Source of the DNA: Chlorokybus atmophyticus
Taxonomy: Eukaryota > Plantae > Mesostigma and Chlorokybus algae
Length of the DNA stretch: 42,024 bases
Assembly: GCA_009103225.1 (NCBI GenBank)
Contig: RHPI01002116.1
Coordinates: 1 to 42,024 of the forward strand
Direction of reading: 5' to 3'
The position numbers and the translations under genes were made by a program. Shown piece by piece: positions 13,196 to 24,438 of the stretch. The notes under the pieces were generated by a model, which was not told where the DNA came from, searched no databases, and was given only the letters and a program-made list of their open reading frames with translations. Positions within the stretch are counted from its first letter, which is position 1; each line of letters opens with the position of its first letter.

Positions 13196-13729
13196 GGGAG
13201 GGGGTATCTTCAGCAAGGAGCCCACCCTCATCTCGCTGGTCAACAAACATACGGGGAGCGACAGTTGCGGACACGGCTACTGTAGGAAGCCATCCGGGGG
13301 ACGTTGCAACAACAGGGCTGGGAGGGCGCCGCACTCAGAGGGATGCTGCGACTGCAGCAAAGCACGGGAGAACGGGCTTAAGTACTCACGTGGTTGATCA
13401 ACCACCCCGCAGTTCCACTGTTCGCATTCCCTTCGAGACTGCATTAGATGAGTGCGTTCATGCGCTCTGTACGGCAAGCCTACGATCAAGTGGTGGACCA
13501 ACTGCCTCCCTACGGCATTCGTAACAGAGTCACCATGGAGGTCGCCCTCATGCATCTACCAGGCATTGAGGCAGCACGGCAGCTTCGGCGCATCGCTCAG
13601 GCCTATGACAACCAACGTCGACAGCAGGACTCGCCCGACACCCTGCGTGGGCGAGCCATGACAGTGATCGACGTCGGAATCATCGGAGGTCGATGGGATA
13701 CGTACATGCGGAGCATTCTTGGACTACCC
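13196..13729 (+). pseudogene. Gypsy polyprotein segment 3 (unknown domain, several stops)
   Basis: Reading rejoins across AACTA (NQCQL|GRGYLQ) and across TACCC (ILGLP|TISDALRR). Confidence 0.65.
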
Positions 13730-16700
13730 TGTTGAAGGACTAGCATGCACATGTAGCTGAGGCAAGCATGGATGCACAGAGACAGAGCTACCGCCACCAG
13801 AGCATACACAGGTCACATCACATTCATCTATTACAAGTTGTCCGCTGGTTCTTATACCAGCCAGTTACACACACGTCTACGTTTGCAAGCACTGCGTAAG
13901 CTATACTCAGCCTTTTGACGCGCTCTAAGTTGTGTTGTCTTCCTTACAACCAGAGCTTTCCAACAAGCTCTTACACGTCTAATATGAGTAAGTATACGCG
14001 GAGATACGAAGCAGTTAGTAAGGCTCCAGTCTGGAGTCCGGAGTCTGGTCCGACGATGCCATCTTGCTAAGTCCGGACCTAGTGCTCGTCCTTACGACCT
14101 TCTACTCCTGTGTGGAGGGTCGATGCTGATCGTATGTAGGAATACTCTCAACACTCCCACGCGAGCAGCTTGACCTCCAACGCTTGCTCCTGTAGTCAGA
14201 CACAAATGCCAAGTCCTGCACAACAAGTCTTGAACTTGAGTGGTGACAATGGCTTTGTCATGAAGTCCGCCAGCATGCCCTCGGTGTTGCAGTACTGGAA
14301 CTCCACCTCCTTCCTTGTGACTCTGTCACGCACAAAGTGATGCATGACATCAATGTGCTTCGTCCTTGCCGAGGCGATAGGGTGCTTCAACAACTTGATG
14401 GCTCCTTGGTTGTCACAGTTGATGACGATGCACGCCATGGGGTGCTCCAAGTCTGCCATGAGCTTGCGAAGCCAGAGTGCCTCCTTCACTGCTGCTGCCG
14501 CTGCCATGTACTCAGCCTCTGATGTAGATGCTGCTGTTGTTGGCTGCAGCCTGCTGTTCCAGCTCACCACGCCTCCGTTCAGCTTGAAGACGTAGCCTGT
14601 AGTGGACCTCCTGCTGTTGAGGTCACCAGCAAAGTCCGAGTCGCAGTAGCCCTCCAACTCAGTGCTCCCGCTCCCAAACTTGATGCCAACTGTTGCGCTC
14701 CCAGCAACATAGCGTAGTACTCCCTTTGCTGCTCTCCAGTGCTCCATGCTCGGTGCAGACATGTAGCGAGCAAGTACTCCCACAGCATGTGCAACATCGG
14801 GACGTGTGCACACTGCCAGATAGAGCATGCTGCCTACCAGCTCACCATATGGATACTGAGCCTTGTCGAGTACCTCCTCATCCTTTGCCTTGATGAGGGC
14901 AGTGCCAAGTGCCAACGGTGTGGTCTTGGTCTTCGCTTCAGTGAGCCCAAACTTGGTGACGAGTCTTCTCACCATCTGCTCCTGACTGATCTTGATTGTG
15001 CGAGCCGCCCTGTCGCGCTCAATCACCATGCCAAGGAACCACTTGGCCTCTCCAAGATCACGAACTGAGAATGCTTGCTGTAGAGCAAGTTTCGTCTCCT
15101 GCAGGTGGTGCACCTGCCTGGCGGTGATGATGATATCATCAACATACACGAGCAGCCAGACCTTGTTGTCTGCATGGATGAAGAGCCCAGGGTCTGCAGA
15201 GGATGCGGTGAAGCCAAGTGCCTCCAGCTCCTTGGTGAGCTTGATGTGCCACATACGCGGTGCCTGTCGCAGCCCGTACAGTGCCTTGATCAGCTTGCAC
15301 GCTGTGCCTCTCTCCCCTTCTTCATATCCAGGTGGTTGCTCGATGAAGATCTCCTCCTCCAGCTCTCCGTAGAGGAAGGCAGTCTTCACATCCAGGTGAT
15401 GCAGCTCTAGGTCTTCAGCAGCAACCATAGCTAGCAGTGCACGGAAGGTGGTATGCTTACTTGCAGGTGCAAACACTTCGTTGAAGTCCACACCTTCCTG
15501 CTGCAAGAAGCCCTTTGCCACCAGTCTTGCCTTGTAGCGCTCAATGTTGCCCTGACCATCACGCTTCACCTTGAAGACCCATTTCACTGGAATGGTCTTC
15601 ACTCCTTGCGGTAACTGCTCCAGTGACCAAGTGTTGTTGGCATGGAGTGACGCAATCTCCTCGTCCATAGCACGCTGCCATTGCTCCGCATCTGGTGCTA
15701 ACAATGCCTCCTCGTAGGTGCTTGGCTCCTCATTCTGCACACTGGCGACGTGTGCCTTGTGTAGGAAGTCAGGTGCCTTTCTCTCCCTCACTGGGTATCT
15801 CCGAGCTGCGTGCTCCTGCTGCAGGTGCGACTGCTTGTCTGCTACAGTGGAGTCCTGCTCACCCTTATCGTCGATGATGGCCTTGCCTGTAGCCTCCACT
15901 GTTTCAAGATGCTCCGGCTGTGCTTCATCTTCAGGAAAGAAGCCTGCTTCTGGTTGTGATAATCCCTCGTGGAAAACCACCTCTCTGCTCACGATGATCT
16001 TCTGAGTGTCCTCGAGCAAGATCCTGTAAGCCTTGGAACCCGGTTCATAGCCAACGAAGATGCCCTTCTTGCTGACCGGCTCCAGCTTGTGCCTGAGCTG
16101 TTTAGGCACTAGTGCATATGCCGTGCATCCAAACACACGCATACCACTCACATCTGGTGTGGCTCCATAGAAGTGCTCCCACGGAGTCTTCTGCTCTGAG
16201 CTCACCGGAGACCTGTTGCGGATGTAGTTGGCAGTGAGTACCGCCTCCTTCCACAAACTGTCTTCCATCTTTGTGTCGTTGAGCATGGCTCGAACACGCT
16301 CCAAGAGTGTCCTGTTGAGGCGTTCAGCTGCTCCATTCTGCTGCGGGGTGTAGGGTGCCGTTGTCTCGTGGCGTATGCCCTTGCTGGCGAAGAACTCCTT
16401 CAACTCCTTGTTGATGTACTCCCCTCCTCGATCACTCCTCATTGCCTTCATCTTGTTGCCAGACTGGGTCTCCAACAAGGCTACAACTGTGCGCACAGCT
16501 CCAGCAACTTCTGACTTCAGTGTCAACGGAAAGATGATGGACAGCTTGCTGTAGTCGTCGAGGAATGTAGCAAAGTACCTGGCCCCTCCCTTCGCCACAA
16601 TGCGCATAGGGCCACAGACATCCATGTGCACAAGCTCGCAAGGATGCTGACTGCTAGAAGAGGATGATGGGAATGGCATAGCATGCTGCTTTGCAACCAG

Positions 16701-18634
16701 GCATGGTTCACAAAGTGCACCTGATGCATTCTTGAGTTCTTCTGTGCTGAGATGGATGCCCTTGACCATCTTCTCAGCGACAAGGCGAGTGAGGTTGACG
16801 TAGCTGAGATGCCCGAACCTTCGATGCCACAATGTTGGCGACTCCTTGTCCTTCACCACCATGGCTTGAATGTCTCTGTCTTGAGGCTGCTCCACGTGGT
16901 AGAGCCCTCCCGGATCAGCGATTCCAACCATGTGCACGACCCCATCAAGGATGACTGAGCAGCCACCCTTCCGAAATAGGATCTCCGCGCCTAAGCGCTC
17001 CGCAACCCTCACAGAGAATAGACTCGCAATAGCCTTAGGAACATGCAGGACGTTGCGTAACAACACCTCGCGTAGTGTGTTACCAACCTTGCACTGGAGT
17101 CGTACGTTGCCAACTCCCTCAGCCACCAGTACTTCGCCACCGAAGCCCGCCACCTTGATTGTGGACGTCAGCTTCCTGTAGCCCTCCATCACCTCCTTGT
17201 TTGGTGTGAGATGACGATCGCAGCCAGAGTCCACCACCCAGAAAGCTGTGCCCGCCCTCGAACTGGATGCAGTGAAGGCGACATGTTTCTCCTTGTGTTG
17301 GTGCTCGTTGCCGCTGTTGCTGGTGCTTGCTCTAGGTTGCCCCTGTTGTTTCTTCCTACAGTCCTTCACAATGTGCCCCTTCCAACCACACCAGTGGCAT
17401 GTGAGGTCTTTGTGACGAGGATTGCCTGGCTTGTTGCCCTTGTACTTCTCTTCATGGTTGCTCTTCTTTGCGTGCTTGCCGGTGTAGAAGGCGACGGCAT
17501 CCGCTTGCTCGTCCTTCTTCACAACCCTCTGCTCCACGGTGAGCAGCTTCGGTAGCACATCGTCCAACGTCAACTCCGATGATGACGTCTCCAGCAGGGT
17601 TGCGACGACCTCGTACTCTGCTGGTAGCCCTGCAACAATGGCCAGCACTACCTCCGTCTCCCCCATGTTGTGGCCGACGTTGATGAGGTCCGCCCACAGC
17701 TCTCTCGCGCGCGCAACATACTTTGTGATGGGTTCTGCTGCCTCCTTCCTGAGTGCGCTGAGCTGCTTGCGTAGATGCAACTTTCTGGCATTGTTCTTGG
17801 CTCTGAAAACGGCTGATAGCTTTTCCCAAGCTTGTCTACCATCTTCACATGCAGTGAGCATGGGAAAGTGATGCGGTTTGCTGTTCAACACAAGCAAAGA
17901 GTGTGCTTCTGCTGAATGCTCTGACCACACAGTGTTCGCTCCTGGTGTTGGTGGTGGTGCCTTCGGATCAACGTACTTCCACACCTTCTTGTGGATGAGC
18001 AAGGCCTTCATCTCCACGCACCATGTGTTGTAGTTGTCGGTGTCCAGCTTTGCAATCTGCCCCTTGTCGTAGGTCGCCTCCATCTTTGTCGCTCCTGCCT
18101 TCCTTGCAGTTGACACCCAAGGCTCTGCTACTAACAAGCTACCGTAGTGTAGAACTACTATGCACACAAGCTAGTCTCACACTCCTCAAGCGTAGTGTGG
18201 GCCCATAACCTGTTGAAGGACTAGCATGCACATGTAGCTGAGGCAAGCATGGATGCACAGAGACAGAGCTACCGCCACCAGAGCATACACAGGTCACATC
18301 ACATTCATCTATTACAAGTTGTCCGCTGGTTCTTATACCAGCCAGTTACACACACGTCTACGTTTGCAAGCACTGCGTAAGCTATACTCAGCCTTTTGAC
18401 GCGCTCTAAGTTGTGTTGTCTTCCTTACAACCAGAGCTTTTCAACAAGCTCTTACACGTCTAATATGAGTAAGTATACGCGGAGATACGAAGCAGTTAGT
18501 AAGGCTCCAGTCTGGAGTCCGGAGTCTGGTCCGACGATGCCATCTTGCTAAGTCCGGACCTAGTGCTCGTCCTTACGACCTTCTACTCCTGTGTGGAGGG
18601 TCGATGCTGATCGTATGTAGGAATACTCTCAACA
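13730..18634 (-). mobile_element. Ty1/Copia copy C, full-length and very young; TSD TACCC
   Basis: LTRs at 13730-14153 and 18211-18634 (424 bp, 1 difference seen). TACCC at 13725-13729 and 18635-18639. Confidence 0.98.
14196..18083 (-). CDS. pol: Intact Copia gag-pol polyprotein (1295 aa from ATG 18083)
   Basis: Uninterrupted ORF with CCHC, DSG protease, D-D-E integrase, YVDD RT and RNase H motifs. Confidence 0.96.
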   Translation of the reverse strand: MEATYDKGQIAKLDTDNYNTWCVEMKALLIHKKVWKYVDPKAPPPTPGANTVWSEHSAEAHSLLVLNSKPHHFPMLTACEDGRQAWEKLSAVFRAKNNARKLHLRKQLSALRKEAAEPITKYVARARELWADLINVGHNMGETEVVLAIVAGLPAEYEVVATLLETSSSELTLDDVLPKLLTVEQRVVKKDEQADAVAFYTGKHAKKSNHEEKYKGNKPGNPRHKDLTCHWCGWKGHIVKDCRKKQQGQPRASTSNSGNEHQHKEKHVAFTASSSRAGTAFWVVDSGCDRHLTPNKEVMEGYRKLTSTIKVAGFGGEVLVAEGVGNVRLQCKVGNTLREVLLRNVLHVPKAIASLFSVRVAERLGAEILFRKGGCSVILDGVVHMVGIADPGGLYHVEQPQDRDIQAMVVKDKESPTLWHRRFGHLSYVNLTRLVAEKMVKGIHLSTEELKNASGALCEPCLVAKQHAMPFPSSSSSSQHPCELVHMDVCGPMRIVAKGGARYFATFLDDYSKLSIIFPLTLKSEVAGAVRTVVALLETQSGNKMKAMRSDRGGEYINKELKEFFASKGIRHETTAPYTPQQNGAAERLNRTLLERVRAMLNDTKMEDSLWKEAVLTANYIRNRSPVSSEQKTPWEHFYGATPDVSGMRVFGCTAYALVPKQLRHKLEPVSKKGIFVGYEPGSKAYRILLEDTQKIIVSREVVFHEGLSQPEAGFFPEDEAQPEHLETVEATGKAIIDDKGEQDSTVADKQSHLQQEHAARRYPVRERKAPDFLHKAHVASVQNEEPSTYEEALLAPDAEQWQRAMDEEIASLHANNTWSLEQLPQGVKTIPVKWVFKVKRDGQGNIERYKARLVAKGFLQQEGVDFNEVFAPASKHTTFRALLAMVAAEDLELHHLDVKTAFLYGELEEEIFIEQPPGYEEGERGTACKLIKALYGLRQAPRMWHIKLTKELEALGFTASSADPGLFIHADNKVWLLVYVDDIIITARQVHHLQETKLALQQAFSVRDLGEAKWFLGMVIERDRAARTIKISQEQMVRRLVTKFGLTEAKTKTTPLALGTALIKAKDEEVLDKAQYPYGELVGSMLYLAVCTRPDVAHAVGVLARYMSAPSMEHWRAAKGVLRYVAGSATVGIKFGSGSTELEGYCDSDFAGDLNSRRSTTGYVFKLNGGVVSWNSRLQPTTAASTSEAEYMAAAAAVKEALWLRKLMADLEHPMACIVINCDNQGAIKLLKHPIASARTKHIDVMHHFVRDRVTRKEVEFQYCNTEGMLADFMTKPLSPLKFKTCCAGLGICV

Positions 18635-18639
18635 TACCC

Positions 18640-19780
18640 ACCATTAGCGACGCCTTGAGAAGGCAGCTGGTACGCGCCGTCTACCTCACGCCTATACCTC
18701 TGGTGGAAGAGTTCGACGACTGGCGTTACCACCCTTTAGCCACATGAGAGGGAACGCTGGTGCGGGAGGCCGCTCATGCACTCTACTGGACTAACAGGGA
18801 GGCAGTGACAACAATGGAACGCGTGCCTCCACCACCACCACCAGCAGCCCCTGGTATGGACCCAACTCCTCGTCGCAATGCACCACCGGCTCCGGTATCA
18901 CCCGGACAAGGGCTAGGGCAGGGGGGTGGAACCGGACGGAAGGAAGTGCACAAGGACAGGGCATTGCTCTTGCTGCAGGAAGAGGAGCCATGGCAGCCTT
19001 GAGGTCCGGCACTCTGGAGCTACATCCCACAGCTAACGCTGTTCCTCGATGTCCCATTGATCGCGTGCGGCTCAACGCCAACGCCGTCATGGTTGCCAAC
19101 CAGGGCAAGCATGTGCAAATCAACGGACGCGCACCCAAACGCGTCATGTTGGACGGAGGGGCACAACCATGTATCATTGGCAGACACTTGGCCAAAGCCT
19201 TGGGGCTCACGGCAGCGTCGCTGGTCAGTTGCCCTTTTGAGATTGACATCGCCACGGGAGGACGCAAAAGCCCTGTTGGATCACCAAGGAAGTCCTCACC
19301 ATCACCCTGACTGGGCTAGACCCCACGCACACCACTCAGCTGGCCCAGCAATGTGTGGTTACCAACGCCACCAGCTATAATTTGTTCGGGCAGGACTTTA
19401 GTTACCCCATAGCCATCGGCATGGACAACTGGACCGAGCAAGCATGGTTCAGGCCCGGCTGGCGCAGCGGAGATGGTTCTGTCATTGGGTTCATCCCCCT
19501 CGACCTGGTGTTGCCCACACGTGCACGCCGGCTTATGGGAGCCACCGCTACAGCTGTCGCCACATCCCTCATGCCATACTCCGACACGCAGGAAACAGCA
19601 ACCCAGGAGGTAGCCTTGCAAGACCCAACAGAACGGCGCTGGAGAGCAGAGGTGGATGCGCGCGTGTTGCTGGACAAGAAGCCCTTTCCCAGACGCTTCC
19701 CGGGTTACCACGAGGACGTCCCACTTGCGGAGCAATTCACCGTGGCCACCGGAGTCGTGGACTTCAGTGCGGCACGACGC
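18640..19780 (+). pseudogene. Gypsy polyprotein segment 4: Pro-rich linker and retropepsin-like protease
   Basis: KRVMLDGGAQPCIIG (D at 19152-19154), then TNATSYNLFGQDF. Frameshifts near 18930-19000 and 19270-19310. Confidence 0.78.
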
Positions 19781-19999
19781 TTACAAGGAGTCACGTTGCT
19801 GGAACTGTTCGGCGAGATTGGCAGCGGCTTGGCGGCACTCCTCAACACCGGTATTAAGGTAACACAGTATTACTACTGCGACCCTGATCCGCATGCCCAG
19901 ACTGCTGGCCGCCATCATCTGCGTCAGTTGCACTTGCGTTATCCACACCTCCTACCATTGTCTGCATTACGTGGAAGTCGTAAGGCGCTGCCTCAAGAC
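19781..19999 (+). pseudogene. C5 cytosine DNA methyltransferase domain, N-terminal part (SAM-binding motifs)
   Basis: TLLELFGEIGSGL (motif I FxGxG-like, 19799-19831) and YYYCD (motif II), in frame downstream of the protease C-terminal part. Confidence 0.87.
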
Positions 20000-20296
20000 T
20001 GTTGAGAGTATTCCAACATACGATCAGCATCGACCCTCCACACAGGAGTAGAAGGTCGTAAGGACGAGCACTAGGTCCGGACTTAGCAAGATGGCATCGT
20101 CGGACCAGACTCCGGACTCCAGACTGGAGCCTTACTAACTGCTTCGTATCTCCGCGTATACTTACTCATATTGAGCGTGTAAGAGCTTGTTGAAAAGCTC
20201 TGGTTGTAAGGAAGACAACACAACTTAGAGCGCGTCAAAAGGCTGAGTATAGCTTACGCAGTGCTTGCAAACGTAGACGTGTGTGTAACTGGCTGG

Positions 20297-20322
20297 TATA
20301 AGAACCAGCGGACAACTTGTAA
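20297..20322 (+). promoter_or_regulatory. Putative TATA (TATAA) and chlorophyte-type poly(A) signal (TGTAA) in the Copia LTR
   Basis: GGTATAA is conserved in the diverged solo LTR family. TGTAA at 20318-20322. Function is inferred only. Confidence 0.4.
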
Positions 20323-20550
20323 TAGATGAATGTGATGTGACTTGTGTATGCTCTGGTGGCGGTAGCTCTGTCCGTGTGTATCCATGCTTGCCTCAGCTAC
20401 ATGTGCATGCTAGTCCTTCAACAGGTTATGGGCCCACACTACGCTTGAGGAGTGTGAGACTAGCTTGTGTGCATAGTAGTTCTACACTACGGTAGCTTGT
20501 TGGTAGCAGAGCCTTGGGTGTCAACTGCAAGGAAGGCAGGAGCGACAGAA

Positions 20551-23500
20551 ATGGAGGCGACCTACGACAAGGGGCAGATTGCAAAGCTGGACACCGACAA
20601 CTACAACACATGGTGCGTGGAGATGAAGGCCTTGCTCATCCACAAGAAGGTGTGGAAGTACGTTGATCCGAAGGCACCACCACCAACACCAGGAGCGAAC
20701 ACTGTGTGGTCAGAGCATTCAGCAGAAGCACACTCTTTGCTTGTGTTGAACAGCAAACCGCATCACTTTCCCATGCTCACTGCATGTGAAGATGGTAGAC
20801 AAGCTTGGGAAAAGCTATCAGCCGTTTTCAGAGCCAAGAACAATGCCAGAAAGTTGCATCTACGCAAGCAGCTCAGCGCACTCAGGAAGGAGGCAGCAGA
20901 ACCCATCACAAAGTATGTTGCGCGCGCGAGAGAGCTGTGGGCGGACCTCATCAACGTCGGCCACAACATGGGGGAGACGGAGGTAGTGCTGGCCATTGTT
21001 GCAGGGCTACCAGCAGAGTACGAGGTCGTCGCAACCCTGCTGGAGACGTCATCATCGGAGTTGACGTTGGACGATGTGCTACCGAAGCTGCTCACCGTGG
21101 AGCAGAGGGTTGTGAAGAAGGACGAGCAAGCGGATGCCGTCGCCTTCTACACCGGCAAGCACGCAAAGAAGAGCAACCATGAAGAGAAGTACAAGGGCAA
21201 CAAGCCAGGCAATCCTCGTCACAAAGACCTCACATGCCACTGGTGTGGTTGGAAGGGGCACATTGTGAAGGACTGTAGGAAGAAACAACAGGGGCAACCT
21301 AGAGCAAGCACCAGCAACAGCGGCAACGAGCACCAACACAAGGAGAAACATGTCGCCTTCACTGCATCCAGTTCGAGGGCGGGCACAGCTTTCTGGGTGG
21401 TGGACTCTGGCTGCGATCGTCATCTCACACCAAACAAGGAGGTGATGGAGGGCTACAGGAAGCTGACGTCCACAATCAAGGTGGCGGGCTTCGGTGGCGA
21501 AGTACTGGTGGCTGAGGGAGTTGGCAACGTACGACTCCAGTGCAAGGTTGGTAACACACTACGCGAGGTGTTGTTACGCAACGTCCTGCATGTTCCTAAG
21601 GCTATTGCGAGTCTATTCTCTGTGAGGGTTGCGGAGCGCTTAGGCGCGGAGATCCTATTTCGGAAGGGTGGCTGCTCAGTCATCCTTGATGGGGTCGTGC
21701 ACATGGTTGGAATCGCTGATCCGGGAGGGCTCTACCACGTGGAGCAGCCTCAAGACAGAGACATTCAAGCCATGGTGGTGAAGGACAAGGAGTCGCCAAC
21801 ATTGTGGCATCGAAGGTTCGGGCATCTCAGCTACGTCAACCTCACTCGCCTTGTCGCTGAGAAGATGGTCAAGGGCATCCATCTCAGCACAGAAGAACTC
21901 AAGAATGCATCAGGTGCACTTTGTGAACCATGCCTGGTTGCAAAGCAGCATGCTATGCCATTCCCATCATCCTCTTCTAGCAGTCAGCATCCTTGCGAGC
22001 TTGTGCACATGGATGTCTGTGGCCCTATGCGCATTGTGGCGAAGGGAGGGGCCAGGTACTTTGCTACATTCCTCGACGACTACAGCAAGCTGTCCATCAT
22101 CTTTCCATTGACGCTCAAGTCAGAAGTTGCTGGAGCTGTGCGCACAGTCGTGGCCTTGTTGGAGACCCAGTCTGGCAACAAGATGAAGGCAATGAGGAGT
22201 GATCGAGGAGGGGAGTACATCAACAAGGAGTTGAAGGAGTTCTTCGCCAGCAAGGGCATACGCCACGAGACAACGGCACCCTACACCCCGCAGCAGAATG
22301 GAGCAGCTGAACGCCTCAACAGGACACTCTTGGAGCGTGTTCGAGCCATGCTCAACGACACAAAGATGGAAGACAGTCTGTGGAAGGAGGCGGTACTCAC
22401 TGCCAACTACATCCGCAACAGGTCTCCGGTGAGCTCAGAGCAGAAGACTCCGTGGGAGCACTTCTATGGAGCCACACCAGATGTGAGTGGTATGCGTGTG
22501 TTTGGATGCACGGCATATGCACTAGTGCCTAAACAGCTCAGGCACAAGCTGGAGCCGGTCAGCAAGAAGGGCATCTTCGTTGGCTATGAACCGGGTTCCA
22601 AGGCTTACAGGATCTTGCTCGAGGACACTCAGAAGATCATCGTGAGCAGAGAGGTGGTTTTCCACGAGGGATTATCACAACCAGAAGCAGGCTTCTTTCC
22701 TGAAGATGAAGCACAGCCGGAGCATCCTGAAACAGTGGAGGCTACAGGCAAGGCCATCATCGACGATAAGGGTGAGCAGGACTCCACTGTAGCAGACAAG
22801 CAGTCGCACCTGCAGCAGGAGCACGCAGCTCGGAGATACCCAGTGAGGGAGAGAAAGGCACCTGACTTCCTACACAAGGCACACGTCGCCAGTGTGCACA
22901 ATGAGGAGCCAAGCACCTACGAGGAGGCATTGTTAGCACCCGATGCGGAGCAATGGCAGCGTGCTATGGACGAGAAGATTGCGTCACTCCATGCCAACAA
23001 CACTTGGTCACTGGAGCAGTTACCGCAAGGAGTGAAGACCATTCAAGTGAAATGGGTCTTCAAGGTGAAGCGTGATGGTCAGGGCAACATTGAGCGCTAC
23101 AAGGCAGAACTGGTGGCAAAGGGCTTCTTGCAGCAGGAAGGTGTGGACTTCAACGAAGTGTTTGCACCTGCAAGTAAGCATACCACTTTCCGTGCACTGC
23201 TAGCTATGGTTGCTGCTGAAGACCTAGAGCTGCATCACCTGGATGTGAAGACTGCCTTCCTCTACGGAGAGCTGGAGGAGGAGATCTTCATCGAGCAACC
23301 ACCTGGATATGAAGAAGGGGAGAGAGGCACAGCGTGCAAGCTGATCAAGGCACTGTACGGGCTGCGACAGGCACCGCGTATGTGGCACATCAAGCTCACC
23401 AAGGAGCTGGAGGCACTTGGCTTCACCGCATCCTCTGCAGACCCTGGGCTCTTCATCCATGCAGACAACAAGGTCTGGCTGCTCGTGTATGTTGATGATA

Positions 23501-24438
23501 TCATCATCACCGCTAGGCAGGTGCACCACTTGCAGGAGACGAAACTTGCTCTACAGCAAGCATTCTCAGTTCGTGATCTTGGAGAGGCCAAGTGGTTCCT
23601 TGGCATGGTGATTGAGCGCGACAGGGCGGCTCGCACAATCAAGATCAGTCAGGAGCAGATGGTGAGAAGACTCGTCACCAAGTTTGGGCTCACTGAAGCG
23701 AAGACCAAGACCACACCGTTGGCACTTGGCACTGCCCTCATCAAGGCAAAGGATGAGGAGGTACTCGACAAGGCTCAGTATCCATATGGTGAGCTGGTAG
23801 GCAGCATGCTCTATCTGGCAGTGTGCACACGTCCCGATGTTGCACATGCTGTGGGAGTACTTACTCGCTACATGTCTGCACCGAGCATGGAGCACTGGAG
23901 AGCAGCAAAGGGAGTACTATGCTATGTTGCTGGGAGCGCAACAGTTGGCATCAAGTTTGGGAGCGGGAGCACTGAGTTGGAGGGCTACTGCGACTCGGAC
24001 TTTGCTGGTGACCTCAACAGCAGGAGGTCCACTACAGGCTACGTCTTCAAGCTGAACGGAGGCGTGGTGAGCTGGAACAGCAGGCTGCAGCCAACAACAG
24101 CAGCATCTACATCAGAGGCTGAGTACATGGCAGCGGCAGCAGCAGTGAAGGAGGCACTCTGGCTTCGCAAGCTCATGACAGACTTGGAGCACCCCATGGC
24201 GTGCATCGTCATCAACTGTGACAACCAAGGAGCCATCAAGTTGTTGAAGCATCCTATCGCCTCGGCAAGGACGAAGCACATTTATGTCATGCATCACTTT
24301 GTGCGTGACAGAGTCACAAGGAAGGAGGTGGAGTTCCAGTACTGCAACACCGAACGCATGCTGGCGGACTTCATGACAAAGCCATTGTCACCACTCAAGT
24401 TCAAGACTTGTTGTGCAGGACTTGGCATCTGTGTTTGA
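20551..24438 (+). CDS. pol: Open Copia gag-pol polyprotein (1295 aa)
   Basis: Uninterrupted ORF with all domains. A few changes at conserved sites relative to copy C (KARL>KAEL, HIDV>HIYV, IPVKW>IQVKW). Confidence 0.95.
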   Translation: MEATYDKGQIAKLDTDNYNTWCVEMKALLIHKKVWKYVDPKAPPPTPGANTVWSEHSAEAHSLLVLNSKPHHFPMLTACEDGRQAWEKLSAVFRAKNNARKLHLRKQLSALRKEAAEPITKYVARARELWADLINVGHNMGETEVVLAIVAGLPAEYEVVATLLETSSSELTLDDVLPKLLTVEQRVVKKDEQADAVAFYTGKHAKKSNHEEKYKGNKPGNPRHKDLTCHWCGWKGHIVKDCRKKQQGQPRASTSNSGNEHQHKEKHVAFTASSSRAGTAFWVVDSGCDRHLTPNKEVMEGYRKLTSTIKVAGFGGEVLVAEGVGNVRLQCKVGNTLREVLLRNVLHVPKAIASLFSVRVAERLGAEILFRKGGCSVILDGVVHMVGIADPGGLYHVEQPQDRDIQAMVVKDKESPTLWHRRFGHLSYVNLTRLVAEKMVKGIHLSTEELKNASGALCEPCLVAKQHAMPFPSSSSSSQHPCELVHMDVCGPMRIVAKGGARYFATFLDDYSKLSIIFPLTLKSEVAGAVRTVVALLETQSGNKMKAMRSDRGGEYINKELKEFFASKGIRHETTAPYTPQQNGAAERLNRTLLERVRAMLNDTKMEDSLWKEAVLTANYIRNRSPVSSEQKTPWEHFYGATPDVSGMRVFGCTAYALVPKQLRHKLEPVSKKGIFVGYEPGSKAYRILLEDTQKIIVSREVVFHEGLSQPEAGFFPEDEAQPEHPETVEATGKAIIDDKGEQDSTVADKQSHLQQEHAARRYPVRERKAPDFLHKAHVASVHNEEPSTYEEALLAPDAEQWQRAMDEKIASLHANNTWSLEQLPQGVKTIQVKWVFKVKRDGQGNIERYKAELVAKGFLQQEGVDFNEVFAPASKHTTFRALLAMVAAEDLELHHLDVKTAFLYGELEEEIFIEQPPGYEEGERGTACKLIKALYGLRQAPRMWHIKLTKELEALGFTASSADPGLFIHADNKVWLLVYVDDIIITARQVHHLQETKLALQQAFSVRDLGEAKWFLGMVIERDRAARTIKISQEQMVRRLVTKFGLTEAKTKTTPLALGTALIKAKDEEVLDKAQYPYGELVGSMLYLAVCTRPDVAHAVGVLTRYMSAPSMEHWRAAKGVLCYVAGSATVGIKFGSGSTELEGYCDSDFAGDLNSRRSTTGYVFKLNGGVVSWNSRLQPTTAASTSEAEYMAAAAAVKEALWLRKLMTDLEHPMACIVINCDNQGAIKLLKHPIASARTKHIYVMHHFVRDRVTRKEVEFQYCNTERMLADFMTKPLSPLKFKTCCAGLGICV

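Noticed and set aside
70-24297. Many short ORFs overlapping the Copia polyproteins and repeated in every copy
   Set aside because: Shadow frames of the main ORF. They recur only because the copies are near-identical.
14196-24438. 1323-aa Copia ORFs with a 28-aa N-terminal extension (MCIVVLHY...)
   Set aside because: The extension starts at a non-ATG codon in the leader. The shared ATG (MEA/VTYDK) gives 1295 aa.
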